A DNA stretch of 63,218 bases, the filler included, from Basidiobolus ranarum (taxonomy: Eukaryota): NCBI GenBank assembly GCA_040143965.1. It is 25 parts of 25 records of this genome, joined end to end, with 100 filler letters (N's around TTAATTAATTAA, not from the genome) between each part and the next. Parts side by side here need not be neighbours in the genome. Positions count along the whole stretch, not along the records: positions 12,710 to 15,148 come from JASJQH010003337.1; positions 15,249 to 17,686 come from JASJQH010003338.1; positions 17,787 to 20,224 come from JASJQH010003339.1; positions 20,325 to 22,760 come from JASJQH010003340.1; positions 22,861 to 25,295 come from JASJQH010003341.1; 20 more parts are not named here. One strand, 5' to 3'. Both the position numbers and the translations under genes were made by a program. Positions 12,815 to 24,671 of this stretch are shown here, one piece after another. The notes beneath the pieces are model-generated. The model saw nothing but the letters and a program-made list of their open reading frames with translations. It had not been told where the DNA came from and did no database searches. Every line of letters begins with the position of its first letter. The stretch's first letter is position 1.

Positions 12815-13860
12815 ATCCTGCTCCTTGAGCAGTTCTGTCTTTACTTTTTTTTCTTTCCAAGTCAATAATGGCATACATTTTTGAGATGTCTCATGAATAC
12901 ACCTATACCAGCCCAATTGTCATTTGCTAGCAAAAACCCAGCATAAGCCACATGAAATAAGTCAAGAACCTTTAGAGTAACACCTGGTTTTTGGTTTTTC
13001 CACAATTGCCTCAAATCCAGGTGAATTTGGGCAAGATTCTTCACAGTTTCCAAAATGTTGAACTACTCATCAACAGAGCAAGTGACAGCAGCTCTGACAT
13101 TTAGAAATGCTTGGATTGCCAGCTTTCCTATGATATGTCTAATTTCATGTGCCCAAGGAATTATGGGTTGTTGTGTAAACTTAATGCTCCAACACATATT
13201 CTGCTCTGCCAGATTGTCATGGTGACTCTCATATATGGTGCAGCATTGATTAGATTCCCATACAACCATAGACAGAGGGTGCCGCATGTTGCAGTAGCTC
13301 AAGTACAGCATTCTGAAAATCTGATATCATTGTTGAGTGATTCTCTAACTGTTGACTAATTGCTTCCAAACGCAGCATTAATTTCAATATTGTGTAATTA
13401 TTGCTTGTCATGGCCTATATGGCAACTTGGTAGTTTTTGCTAATGATGGCATACAAATCATTATGATGTTGTGGCTGCAATTACCTTGTTGTCATAATGC
13501 TATCCGAATCTCCTACAGAAAGTTGCTCAATAGTTGGCAAAGTAACCATTTTGGAAGTTAATGGTCTTGATGGTGTTTCTGTTGAACTTTGCTCAACTGT
13601 TCATTTACTACATAATTGGGTGATTAAAATCCCTTCACTTGCATTATCATTACAAAGGAACACATATGGTAAATTGATCAATGCTTCATCATTACTTGAG
13701 TTAGTTTCTGGCCAGCGAATGCCTTCCAAAATGGAAGTGGATTGCTAGACTGCTCATCAATTAAGTCCTCTGTTCTTGCTGGTTTCTTTCCTTTCATGCC
13801 AGCAGGCTTTCACTAGGAAGCCAACTTTCATTTTGATTTTAAATGCTTTTTGAATGACAT
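12815..13860 (-). mobile_element. CMC transposon accessory ORF2, 5' part, degenerate
   Basis: Starts ATGTCATTCAAAAAGCAT; homologous to 50806-51630 and 56928-57207; contains LKVLDLFHVAYAGFLLANDNWAGIGVFMRHLKN. Confidence 0.75.
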
Positions 13861-14069
13861 TGAAATTTTCAGATGCTAAACTTAGTGTAGTGAAATTGCT
13901 TAGAAACAGCTTATAATAAACCAAAATTGCCATTCATTACTGAAAATAACTTGAAAATCCCCTGATAACTCATCTGTGACACTGTCTCAGAATTAGCTGA
14001 TAATATTAATGTGCTATACCTAATACACCACCCTTACATTGCATGTATTCTTTTTCCTATAATATCCTA

Positions 14070-15052
14070 CTCACGCTATAATCCAAATACTTAAAGAAGC
14101 CCTGCTATTATTGTCACAAATTCATGTGCTATGAAGCCAGAGAATTTACAAAAAACAATCACCAGCTTGGTCACTGTACAAAGCCACCAGCTGCACAAAA
14201 CCAGGTGAATATCAATGGTAATAAGTGCACAAAATTGACTTTAGATTTGCCCACTGAGTCCACTGCCCATGCTTTGCCTCAAAGTTTTGGTATTGCAGCC
14301 AAAAGCCAAGATACTGCAGAGTTAACACATTTGTATGACCAGAATGATATAGGTAGAAATGCAACCTTGGTCAAACTAGTAAGTCCAGACAACTTTAAGG
14401 ACATGATGTCAGATGTTGACCTTGGCTATTCCAGAACTGATGGTAGTATATCAAAAGTTGAAGACAAGGACAATGGTTTTGTTATAGACCCTTTGTTAGT
14501 GGCAAGCATTAGTCCACTCATAACACTTACAGTAAAAGAAGTAGCTTTGATTATCAAGGAGTGGAGAGTTCAATCCAATCTTAGCAACATGGTGTTTATT
14601 GGTTTTCTTTCATTTTTATTACAGTTTATTGGTAAACTGTTGCCTGCCACAGACCTCACTCAAGTGGAAAACACTTGCAAATAGTAAGACTTATAATCTT
14701 TGAGTAGTTAAACTACCTTCAAGTCCAAATGGTTGTTGGCTTTCACCAGTGATCTCAAAAACATGAAGTCAAGCATTGTTTGCACACAATTGGCAATCAC
14801 TGCATGAGGTAAATATCATTTGTATTTGGCTTCCATATGATTGATTCCCATCTTAAAGTTTTGATGAAAACACCCAAATATACATTATTGATCCAACACC
14901 CAAGTACTCACTGTAAAGCTGTTGGGATTACCAATATGTTTTATGAATATCACTACCAGAATCTTAAAAGTCAAGGTTTCTTTGAGAACACACATAATCA
15001 TGAATCTGCATTGGTGCTGGATGGTTTCTCACTTAACAAACACACTGTTTGA
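14070..15052 (+). mobile_element. CMC transposase ORF1, 5' part, degenerate
   Basis: KKPCYYCHKFMC, SISPLITLTVKE, YQNLKSQGFFEN and LVLDGF motifs. Confidence 0.85.
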
Positions 15053-15054
15053 AA

Positions 15055-15148
15055 TGTCACTATTAGAAACTGGACAAGGACTGGGAACAATGACAAGAGG
15101 CTAGAAGGCAGGAAAGTACTTGGGTGTAGACCACAAGACAAGACAGGA
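15055..15148 (-). repeat. Gypsy LTR (LTR-D) 3' end fragment
   Basis: Reverse complement of 19065-19158. Confidence 0.75.
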
Positions 15149-15248
15149 NNNNNNNNNNNNNNNNNNNNNNNNNNNNNNNNNNNNNNNNNNNNTTAATTAA
15201 TTAANNNNNNNNNNNNNNNNNNNNNNNNNNNNNNNNNNNNNNNNNNNN

Positions 15249-15887
15249 TTTTCATAAATGTCAATTCTTCTAACTAGTGCTAGAAGCTCCAAACTTTGCA
15301 TACATGCTTCTGGGACCTTCCTTAACCTATTCTACATGTTAACTTGTCTATATCTTGATGAAACTAGAAATGTCAGCTTTCAACTAAATACATCAATAAA
15401 TTGTAACCACTGATCTCTGTAATTCTCCAGGCCACTTCAAATAAGTTCCCAAGTACTTTAACAGGTTATGAGCTTCAAGCTTGCACTCTCTGTAATGTCT
15501 ACTTTTGAAATCTCTGGAACTTTTTCCTCTTCTGAAAAATTGGATGGAATCAATTATTGTGTTCAAAATTTAAATAAAGGTGCTGCTGCAAGAAAAAGAC
15601 TTTGAGATACTATTGTAGGATAAAAAGCAAAGCAGAATTATCTGAAACTAAAGTTCCACTCTGGGTTAACAATCAGCAATGTGCTTTTAACACATTTGTC
15701 ACAATTTCAAAGAAAAATTGCTAATTTAATGTTCAAGAGCTAAAACTACCAAGATGGTATAGAAAGCCTTGAAAGTCACCTGCCATACATATTCTGCTGC
15801 CAACTTGATGCTTCTAAGAAGACAATTCCTTGACTAAAAGATGAAGCCAGGAGCAAACATTAAATCACTAATCAATAGAGTCACTAT
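15249..15887 (+). mobile_element. Copia-A 5' end: partial LTR-A (to 15463), PBS GGTTATGAGC (15464) and decayed gag
   Basis: LTR ends ...ACTTTAACA directly before the PBS; gag reads SSEKLDGINY. Confidence 0.82.
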
Positions 15888-15998
15888 ACCTAACAAAAAT
15901 ACAATTGATTTGATCCAGATAGCATTCATCCTGGTGGAGAACAATACCATCTGAGGACTGTCACAATATTGATGGCTTGTATTCTGCCAGAGACTTTA
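15888..15998 (-). mobile_element. CMC right-end fragment
   Basis: ACCTAACAAAAATACAATTGATTTGATCC matches the terminal consensus. Confidence 0.75.
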
Positions 15999-16905
15999 TG
16001 TTAAGCATTTGGGAGCATGTTGTAAGTTATTGTAGAATTAGCAAAATTGGCGGTTCTTACTTATAGATTTATTGAGTAGAAAGTTGACAGTTATATTTCT
16101 GTCAAGATGCAAACTAACTAATATGTTGAATATGCTAAGGAAGGTTCCAGGAATATATCTGCAAAGCTTGGGGTTTCTAGCACAAATTTGACAAAATCTA
16201 TATATCTGCAAACTTCAAAGTTGGTAAAAATATTCCATGTAAAATCCAATTGATGTTGATGGGTAATATCTTAGTAAGTTAAAAGATAGCTAAATACTAA
16301 GCTATATACAACTATATTGGTGTTTAAAGTGTAAGATAACTAGATACTTAGCAATATGCAACTATATAGGTGCTTAGGCAATGCTAATTTCATCACTCTC
16401 CATCACTTAATAGTCAGGTAAACTAATCCCAAGGAAGGTCAAAATTTCTCAAATTTCTGTCTAGCTAGTGGTATGGTCAATATGTCAGCAATATTATCTT
16501 CTGTTAAACAATAAGTCAAGCCAATAAACTTATTCTTTATAGTATTTCTAATAAAAAGATGTCTGATATCTATATGTTTACTTTTATTATGAAATGTGGG
16601 ATTTCCAGCTAATTTGACACAACTTTGATTATCTTGAAATATTGTAGTTGGTGAATTTTGACAATATCCCAAATCTGGTATGAGTTTTCTTAACCATGTT
16701 GCTTCTTTTGTTGCTTCACAAGCAGCCATGTATTCTGCTTCTGTAATTGAAAGTGCCTTGATAGGTTGTATATGTGAATTCCAAGAAATAGCTCCATTAC
16801 AGCAAAGAACTAGGTATCTGGTTATAGATCTCCTGTCTTTAATATATCTCTGCTACTTTACATCTGAATATCCCATCAGATCAAAGTTTGATGCAGAATA
16901 TGTTC
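15999..16905 (-). mobile_element. Copia-A 3' end: RNase H, PPT and LTR-A (15999-16395)
   Basis: EATKEATWLRKL, DNQSCVKLAGNPTFHNKSKHIDIRHLFIR and ADILT motifs. Confidence 0.88.
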
Positions 16906-16922
16906 ATTTTATGTACATATCT

Positions 16923-17081
16923 TGTCATAATAAGGAACTGGACAAGGACTGGAAACAACAACAAGAGGCCAGAAGGCAAGACAGTACTAGGGTATAGACC
17001 ACAAGGCAACACAAAACAAGACTGGACAGGGAAGATACTTTGGCAAGATTCTCTATTGATGGCTGGCATTAATCAGACTGA
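16923..17081 (-). repeat. Gypsy LTR-D fragment, interrupted by a CMC insertion
   Basis: Reverse complement of 18995-19158. Confidence 0.8.
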
Positions 17082-17686
17082 CCCTAACAAAAATAAAATT
17101 GATTTGATCCGGATTGGATCCACCCTCCAAAAAAGCAAAACTGTCAGAGAACCATCACAATATTGCTAGCTTGCATTCTGCCAGGGATCTTGATGGTGTG
17201 ACAGCGGTTTCTTGATTGTATCTTAACTGTATTCATACATGTTAAAGTATTGATCCTTAAGTTTGGCATGCATTATTCAATAGCCAGCAATTTTTGCAAA
17301 AATATAATTTTCAAATGGCAAATTACTGGGTTTACTGCTGTAGGAATTCAAATTAATATGCCTGCCTTTATTTAGATATTTTGGGCTTTGTATTCCAGCC
17401 ATAATGAGAATCAAAAAATACAAGAATCTCGTTGTGTTTAGTCTCTACATATGCACATACCTGACTGATTAGACATAACTCAACAACATCAATATGCTTT
17501 ACCAGCAAACTGATGGTAGAAAAAGTGCTACACATCTGAAATTTTGAATAGCACTGACACTTGGCAAATAGCTGTCTCTTGTTACCATTCACAATGAGAA
17601 TAAGCTCTTGGATTTTGGCAAATTTCTGTAAAGAATTCAGCCAATATATCCCCAACTTGCAGTCAACAAATGTCCTGCCACAAGTA
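17082..17686 (-). mobile_element. CMC right end and transposase C-terminus
   Basis: Begins CCCTAACAAAAAT; reverse complement of 11335-11951. Confidence 0.87.
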
Positions 17687-17786
17687 NNNNNNNNNNNNNN
17701 NNNNNNNNNNNNNNNNNNNNNNNNNNNNNNTTAATTAATTAANNNNNNNNNNNNNNNNNNNNNNNNNNNNNNNNNNNNNNNNNNNN

Positions 17787-18617
17787 TGGGTATATCTGCC
17801 AATCTCTCCACTGCCTTTCATCCCCAATATGATGGCCTAACACAAAGAGTCAATTAAGTTTTTGAGCAATACTGGCAATACATTATTAACTATAATCAAG
17901 ATATTTGGACCCAACTGTTGCCTCTTGCTGAGCTTGCTTACAACAACTCTTATCCTACTTCAATAAAACAAACTCCTTTTGTGGCAAATTATGGATTACA
18001 TCCTCAATTCACAATTCACCCTCCATCTAATATACCTTGCACTGCTGCCTCAGGTTGTGCCACTTTCCTTAAAGACATCCATAAACAGTTAATGTCCAGG
18101 TTGGAGCATGCTCAATCTGTATATAAGAGCTTTGCTGATAAGAAAAGAAAGCTAAACCCAGATCTCAAGCCAGGAGATTATGTAGTGCTAATTTGTAAAA
18201 ATATCAAGACCACCAGACCTTGTGACAAACTTGATCATAAAAAACTATGGCATTTTAAGATTTTTAAGCAAATCAATTCAGTAGCTTTCTGCCTTGAGCT
18301 CCCAGACAATTTCAAAGTCAACAATGTGTTCCATGTAGCTGTCCTAGAGTCACATTCCAGAAATACCTGCCAAGCCTGATCCAATAGCCCACCCCCAGTG
18401 ATTCAAGTTGAAGAACAGCCTGAATATGAAGTTAGCAAGATTCTGGATCCAGAATTTTTCAGCGTAAAATGCAAAATTTAGTGGACTGGAAGGGATGTAG
18501 AACACATGATCAATCATAGAAGCCAGCAACAAATCTTTCCAACTTTGAGGAACTTTGCAAAGAGTTTCATGAAGCCTACCCTGAAAAACCTGGCCCTATG
18601 ATCACTAAAGGGGATAC
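17787..18617 (+). mobile_element. Chromovirus-type Gypsy integrase, chromodomain and PPT, degenerate
   Basis: STAFHPQYDG, LPLAELAYNNS, KTTRPCDKLDHK, VFHVAVL and EYEVSKILD motifs; AAAGGGGATAC precedes the LTR. Confidence 0.9.
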
Positions 18618-19158
18618 TGTCATGATTCTGGTCATGGCATACTCAGCAATTGCAAATAGAACTCCTCAAAATACTAGAATCTGACATCATATCTGCTGCA
18701 CCATCCTTTCTTGGCAAGCTTGCACTAGTTCATCCAATTTACCATATATGGAAGTCATGTTTTTTAGATCATTCCATGAAACCTAGCCAATCATGTCAGC
18801 CCACACATAGTGTATTTCCACTAAGACCTTCCATGGAAAGTCGCCTGATCATTGTTACATCATCCCTTCTTGTATTGCTCCTTGAAGTCTAAAACACCCC
18901 AACATTTGAACTTTCCACAATATATTCCCTATTAAGTACACTATGTTTCACCTTGCAATATCTATATAAGCTCCATGTTATCCTTGATCAGATCTCAGTC
19001 TGATTAACACCAGTTATCAATAAAGATTCTTGCCAGAGTATCCTCCCTATCTTGTCTTGTCTTGTCTTGTCTTGCCTTGTGATCTACACTTAAGTACCTG
19101 CCAGCTTTCTGGCCTCTTATTGTAGTTTCCAGTCCTTATCCAGTTCCTTATTGCGACA
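18618..19158 (+). repeat. Gypsy 3' LTR (LTR-D, 541 bp, TGTCA...CGACA) containing a (CTTGT)n tract
   Basis: TG...CA ends after a PPT; homologous to 57208-58009. Confidence 0.88.
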
Positions 19159-19265
19159 TCATCAGCCCAAATACTAAGAATATCAATGAAGCCAATATCC
19201 ATTGACAGTGTTGGTGAAGAGCTGAAACCAACAAAACCTATAGCTCATAAGTTCCCACCCAAATT

Positions 19266-20046
19266 CATAGCTGTAAAGGTTGTAACATGGGGCTCATAAC
19301 CTATTGAGAAAATATGGGCTGTTTGAAGGAACTTTAGAAAAGTTGAGTTGTGAATAGCTTTTGTAAGATAACCATTTATTGTCCAGAAATGAAGCATTTT
19401 TACATTTCGGTGGAAATACAGAAAACTAACAGTGGGGTTGTGTTCAGAACATATGTGGGAGTAAGATGAGCTATCTTTGTGGCAATTTGGATGGGTTTGA
19501 AACTTTCAATATGGAATTGCCAATTCTCACATTATTCACATATATATATATATTTCAATTTGCAGCTAAGTAATATTTGACTAAGTAATCTTAACTAACT
19601 TATATGTTATATATAAAATAGTTATTTGTATAAAGATAGAGATAACAAATATGATAAAGCCAATATTGTTCAACACTCCCACTCATCTAAATATTCATAT
19701 ATCTTAATCATAACTTAAATCTTAATTCTTCAAATTTTGGCTTGGGTAATGGTTTAGTAAGGATGTCAGCAATCATGTCCCCAGCTGGACAGGACTCTAG
19801 TTGGATGTGCATATTGACAATAGCTTCCCTAACAAAGTGATGTTGAATGTCAATGTGCTTACTTCTAACTTGAAATTTGGAATTTTTAGCTAAAGAAATA
19901 CAACTTGGATTAACCTTGATATTATGGTGAGTGAACTTTGAAAAATACCAAAGTCATTGAACAGTTTCCTGAACCACATAGCCTCCTTTGTTGCATGTGA
20001 TGCTGCCATGTACTCTGCTTCAGTGGTTGAAATTTCTATGGTGGAT
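19266..20046 (-). mobile_element. Copia-B junction: RNase H - PPT - LTR-B (19302-19675) - PBS (19290-19301) - gag leader
   Basis: SKHIDIQHHFVRE and DMIADILTKPL on the minus strand; PPT on one side and PBS on the other side of a single LTR. Confidence 0.87.
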
Positions 20047-20224
20047 CCCTAACAAAAATAGAATTGATTTGATCTGGATCAGATCCACACTCCAAAATAG
20101 CAAAACCATAAGAGAACTGTACAATATTGTTGGCTTGCATTCTGCCAGGGATTTTGATGATGTGACGTTGGTTTCTTGACGGTATCTTAGCAGTATTCAA
20201 ACATGTTAAAATATTGATCCTCAA
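20047..20224 (-). mobile_element. CMC right end inserted in Copia-B pol
   Basis: Begins CCCTAACAAAAAT, preceded by AT. Confidence 0.85.
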
Positions 20225-20324
20225 NNNNNNNNNNNNNNNNNNNNNNNNNNNNNNNNNNNNNNNNNNNNTTAATTAATTAANNNNNNNNNNNNNNNNNNNN
20301 NNNNNNNNNNNNNNNNNNNNNNNN

Positions 20325-20840
20325 CTGTTCTTCCCCTTCTTCAACCTGGGCTGGGCAAACACGTAGCAGCTGGCTTATTCCTATGGGGAAATATCTTTGT
20401 TCTCAGCTCTATGTATGCACTTGGAGTTACTGGAACTTACCTAGGTTTGTGGAGATCAGGTATAAAAGCATCTCTTACATCCTACTAATATTTGATTGGA
20501 TAGGGGATTATTTTGGAATTCTAATGAGTCACAGAGTTACGGGATTCCCTTTCAATGTGTCCAACAATCCCATGTATCAAGGGTCTACCATGGTGTTCAT
20601 GGCCTCTGCTTTATGGTATGTGGTTAGTGAAGACTCTTAGTGTTTAGCATCTAATGACGGTATTCTAGGTATGGAGCTCCAGCCGGCATCCTTCTTACTG
20701 CCATCGTATATTTGACCTATAACGTTGCGTTGAGATTTGAAGAGTAAGTAGATTAGAAGCTATCTTCAACAAGCATTTATTAACAATTTGGATGGAATAG
20801 GCCTTTTACTGCCATGATTTACTCCAAGCGTAAGCAATAG
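20325..20840 (+). CDS. OPI3: Phosphatidyl-N-methylethanolamine N-methyltransferase, 3' exons (3 introns)
   Basis: Spliced translation VLSSMYALGVTGTYLGDYFGILM...TGFPFNVSNNPMYQGST...ALRFEEPFTAMIYSKRKQ*; GT-AG introns. Confidence 0.93.
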
Positions 20841-20915
20841 AGTCGCTTTGTACATTTAACAACAATTCTCCAAAAATAAACACTATACATTATGGATCAC
20901 ATGATATGTTATTCT

Positions 20916-22098
20916 CTACCTATTGACTTTACACTGAATTTTTGTTTGAAAGGCTTCCCAATAAACCTTCTCTACGTCATCGGGCGAAGCAACTCGTGCA
21001 TTAAGATCACAAATTCTACCGTTTTCAATATTGTAACTCCAGCCATGAACGGTAATTAGTTGACCTCTACTCCACGCACTTTGAATAACTGGAGTCTGAC
21101 AAAGGATATGAAGGCTATTAATTACGTTGAATTCTATCATAAGAGCCTCTCGCTCCGTTTGCTCCAGTCCTAAATGAAGGTTGATTAACAAGAGTCTATC
21201 CTACTTTTCTACTATCTGTAGCCTACCATCCAACCATTGTTTCTTGCCTTCAAGGTAAGGATGTAAATATTACATGTCAGAATTATATACCAATATTATT
21301 TGCGCTTACTTTGATAGACGGATTTGACATTGGTCAGCCAATTATCAATTAAGCCGTAACTATGGTTCTCCATGGCTGCCTTAACTCCACCGCATCCATA
21401 GTGTCCTATGTAACAAATCAAGCTCAATATGACATCATGTGTAGAGACACCATAGAGATACCATACCGCATACCACAATTTCTTCTACCTTCAATACTTC
21501 CACCGCATACTGAATAACTGATAAGGAGTTCAGATCCGAGAACAGGCACACATTAGCGATGTTCCGATGAACAAATATGTCACCTGGGGCTGCGAACACG
21601 CGTGTTTATTATTAGTTTTACTTCTAGTGATCATTCCCAAGCCAACTTACCGCATGAGACAATCTGTTCAGGTGGCACCCGTGAATCAGCACATCCTAAT
21701 TTAACAAGGTAAATTTGTACCAATCTTCAAGCAAGCTATTCGCCAATGAACCTACCAATCCAGAGGATCTTTGGATGCTGACCCTTGGCACATTCGTTAA
21801 AGAAATGTGGTTCGTGGATCATCACTTGGTCAGCCCAATTATGATTTCTACGTAGTAGCTCACTAGCTAATTTGGTCTGTGTACCATGTTGTTCGTGTTT
21901 ACAGTCAGCCAATGCAGTGGCTAAGAATAAGTGATAAGAAAATCATTGTAGATGGAGATAACTTTCGGTAAAACAAACTATGAAACACCTACGCAAGAAG
22001 CTTCTTTCCTGATTGATAGGAGAGGGCGATGAGATTATCGGCGACGGGGCCTTCAATGATGATTGATGGTGTTTTTTACGGAAGATTGAGTAAACCAT
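20916..22098 (-). CDS. Beta-class carbonic anhydrase (Nce103-like), multi-exon
   Basis: [48 protein letters not shown] and VHGWSY motifs across short introns; the start at 22098 is inferred. Confidence 0.93.
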
Positions 22099-22674
22099 AT
22101 CAAGTAAGATATTAGTAAAGTTAGCAGAATTTAACTAGGTAGAGAAGTGAAAACGTTAGTGAAGAGGTTATATAGGGTTTCTAGAAGTATGTACACATGT
22201 TGATCACCAATCATCCAGTTATTTTACATGTGCTTGTACCTATGAATCAAACCTAAATCTAACCTTGAATACCTGCAATAAACAAAGGAATACTTCTCAA
22301 AATGCCTCTTGATATTAAAGGGGCTATTTTGAATCGAAATCGAGCCATCATTAAATAGTTGTATAGAATCATAACTTGATTAAACTAGATGTATGAATCT
22401 ATATCTAACCCTCATTAATTACTTGTATTGCTTGTTTACGGTTCAATAAGCACTGGCAGGTAAGATTGAAACATCACAAACTTTCAGATCAATTTATTTC
22501 TTACACTATGGTCAGATTGATACTATTTAAATTGTAATAATCACTTGTAAAAACCATATCAGCCTATTGGTATTCTGCTGACTAATTTAATGCTATTTAT
22601 ATTCATTGTATGGAGATGTTGACTAGGTTCTCATGTAATAACCACAGGAATAAGTACTTGGTATTTGTAATTAC

Positions 22675-22758
22675 TTAGACTCGGATGGCCCAAGGCTTCT
22701 CCCCCTCCTTACGTTCAATCTTCGATAGAGTGGCGATCTCGTCCACGCACGACATTCG
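22675..22758 (-). CDS. 3' end of an unidentified gene
   Basis: CpG-containing open frame from the contig edge: RMSCVDEIATLSKIERKEGEKPWAIRV*. Confidence 0.45.
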   Translation of the reverse strand, partial: RMSCVDEIATLSKIERKEGEKPWAIRV

Positions 22759-22862
22759 AANNNNNNNNNNNNNNNNNNNNNNNNNNNNNNNNNNNNNNNN
22801 NNNNTTAATTAATTAANNNNNNNNNNNNNNNNNNNNNNNNNNNNNNNNNNNNNNNNNNNNCT

Positions 22863-23171
22863 CAAATCCAAACTCTTGATATCCCAGGAGAAGTCAAGCC
22901 CGGATACTCCCCCATCGGTTTCGTCCGTTGTGGTCGTGCCGCTTGTAAGATTGTTGAGCTCAAGTGGAAGATTGGTAAGGAAACTGGTCGTAAGAAGCTC
23001 GAATCTCCTCACTCCCTCAAGGCTGCTGAAGCCGCTGAGGTTGTTTTCGAACCTATCCAACCCCTCATCGTTGATAGCTTCAAGAACTGCGAAGGTCTCT
23101 CCCGTATCGCTTTCCTTGATGGTAACACCGCTGTCATGCTTGGTAAGGTCGTTGCTGTCACCCAAAAATAA
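22863..23171 (+). CDS. EFL: Elongation factor-like (EFL) GTPase, C-terminal domain III; not in the ORF track
   Basis: QIQTLDIPGEVKPGYSPIGFVRCGRAACKIVELKWKIGKETGRKKLESPHSLKAAEAAEVVFEPIQPLIVDSFKNCEGLSRIAFLDGNTAVMLGKV; strongly biased codon use. Confidence 0.92.
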   Translation, partial: QIQTLDIPGEVKPGYSPIGFVRCGRAACKIVELKWKIGKETGRKKLESPHSLKAAEAAEVVFEPIQPLIVDSFKNCEGLSRIAFLDGNTAVMLGKVVAVTQK

Positions 23172-23592
23172 ATTAGTTGACTAGCCGTATATTATCTGTT
23201 TGCATTTTTCCTCATGTAACTATTTCGCTTACGTGAAAATAAATAGTAAATATATCTAATTGATAAATTTAAATATACATCAACTTGTCAATTGTGTGTC
23301 TTTTCATTTAATTACGTATGATTTTGTTGTAGCGTGAGCTTCGGTTGGTTTTTTGAAGGTTCAATGAGAAGATGTAGATATATAATCTTTAAGAATAAGC
23401 AATTTATCCATCTGAGTTGAAATGAATGTATCACGGTTCATTTCTCCAATTTGCTTTGTACATACAAAATTTAGACATTGCATGTCTTTTTTTCTAATTT
23501 AGAACTTGCTTGTTGGACAAAGTAATATGGTCTGTTCAAGAGATAAAATGTATCATATCGCCTGTCGAGTTATAATTATTATTTATTTCTAA

Positions 23593-24671
23593 ATGAGGCT
23601 TCTTTTACTGGGTTTTCTCTCTTTGACTTTCGTTGATTCCTCTTTAGGTGTTGAACACCTGAGTAATATTGTAGGTGGAAAGCCCGTTGTTCAAGATGGT
23701 CTACCTTTTATGGCCCACTTGATAATAGAAAATAAGCCCGAATGTGGTGGCGCATTGATAGGTGATAAGTGGATTATCACTGCTGCACATTGTTTGGTTA
23801 AAAGCGTTAACTCTGTCGTACGAGGACAGCTTCTAAATATCATACCTTCCAAGATTCAAGTTATTCTGGGAACAGTCAAGTCTAATTCCACTACACCATA
23901 CACTATCAATCAGTATACTCTAGCTCCAGACTTTGACATTGTCGAGTACAAGGTATTTCAATATTCAGTTTAGAAATCTAGTTCAATATTTAATATTGTT
24001 TATTTTAGAATGACATTGCCATCATTGAGTTAAGCACTTCAGTACAATTCACTAATAGCATTCAGCCCATTGGTGTTAGTCAACAACCCGTTAAAGAGAA
24101 ACAGATTGTGACAGCTGCTGGTTGGGGCTCCACCGAGACCCAAAATTTTGCTGATACTTTATATGAAGTGAATTTGGAAATTGGAGCGGAGGCGAAGTGT
24201 GCAACGGTCGTCAACAAATACGCTGGACTTGGGGACTCAAGGATATGTGTTATCAATAGCCTCGGACATGATACTTGCTATGGAGATTCTGGTGGCCCAC
24301 TTTTTTATAAAGAGGCAGGTCAATATTCAATGTTAGGTGTTACTAGTTACGGGTTACAGAAAAACCATAATGAAAAGTTTAAATGTGGGGATAATAACAC
24401 TTACGGCGTATACACACGTTTGGCAAGTTTTACTGATTTCATCAGAAATGTTACTGGCCTCACTGAAGCACAACTACATCCTGGATATTATACAACTAAT
24501 ACCTCAATTTCTGGTGGTATTGCAGCCGGAGCAGAGTCGACTACCAATAAATCGGAGAAAGTCAACGGTAACAATATCTCTGGTACTGGGATACTCGCTG
24601 TAAGCAACCTCCTCGAAATAATCGCCCTGAGTTATACAACCTATTTGATTCAGTTAATTATTGTTAACTAA
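23593..24671 (+). CDS. Secreted trypsin-like S1A serine protease, one intron (23953-24008), hydrophobic C-terminal tail
   Basis: Signal peptide, IVGG mature start, CGGAL, TAAHC, NDIA, DTCYGDSGGP and YGVYTR motifs. Confidence 0.95.

Noticed and set aside
22809-23184. ORF-track proteins 22809-23165 (-) and 22876-23184 (+)
   Set aside because: Antisense and off-frame shadows of the codon-biased EFL frame at 22863-23171.
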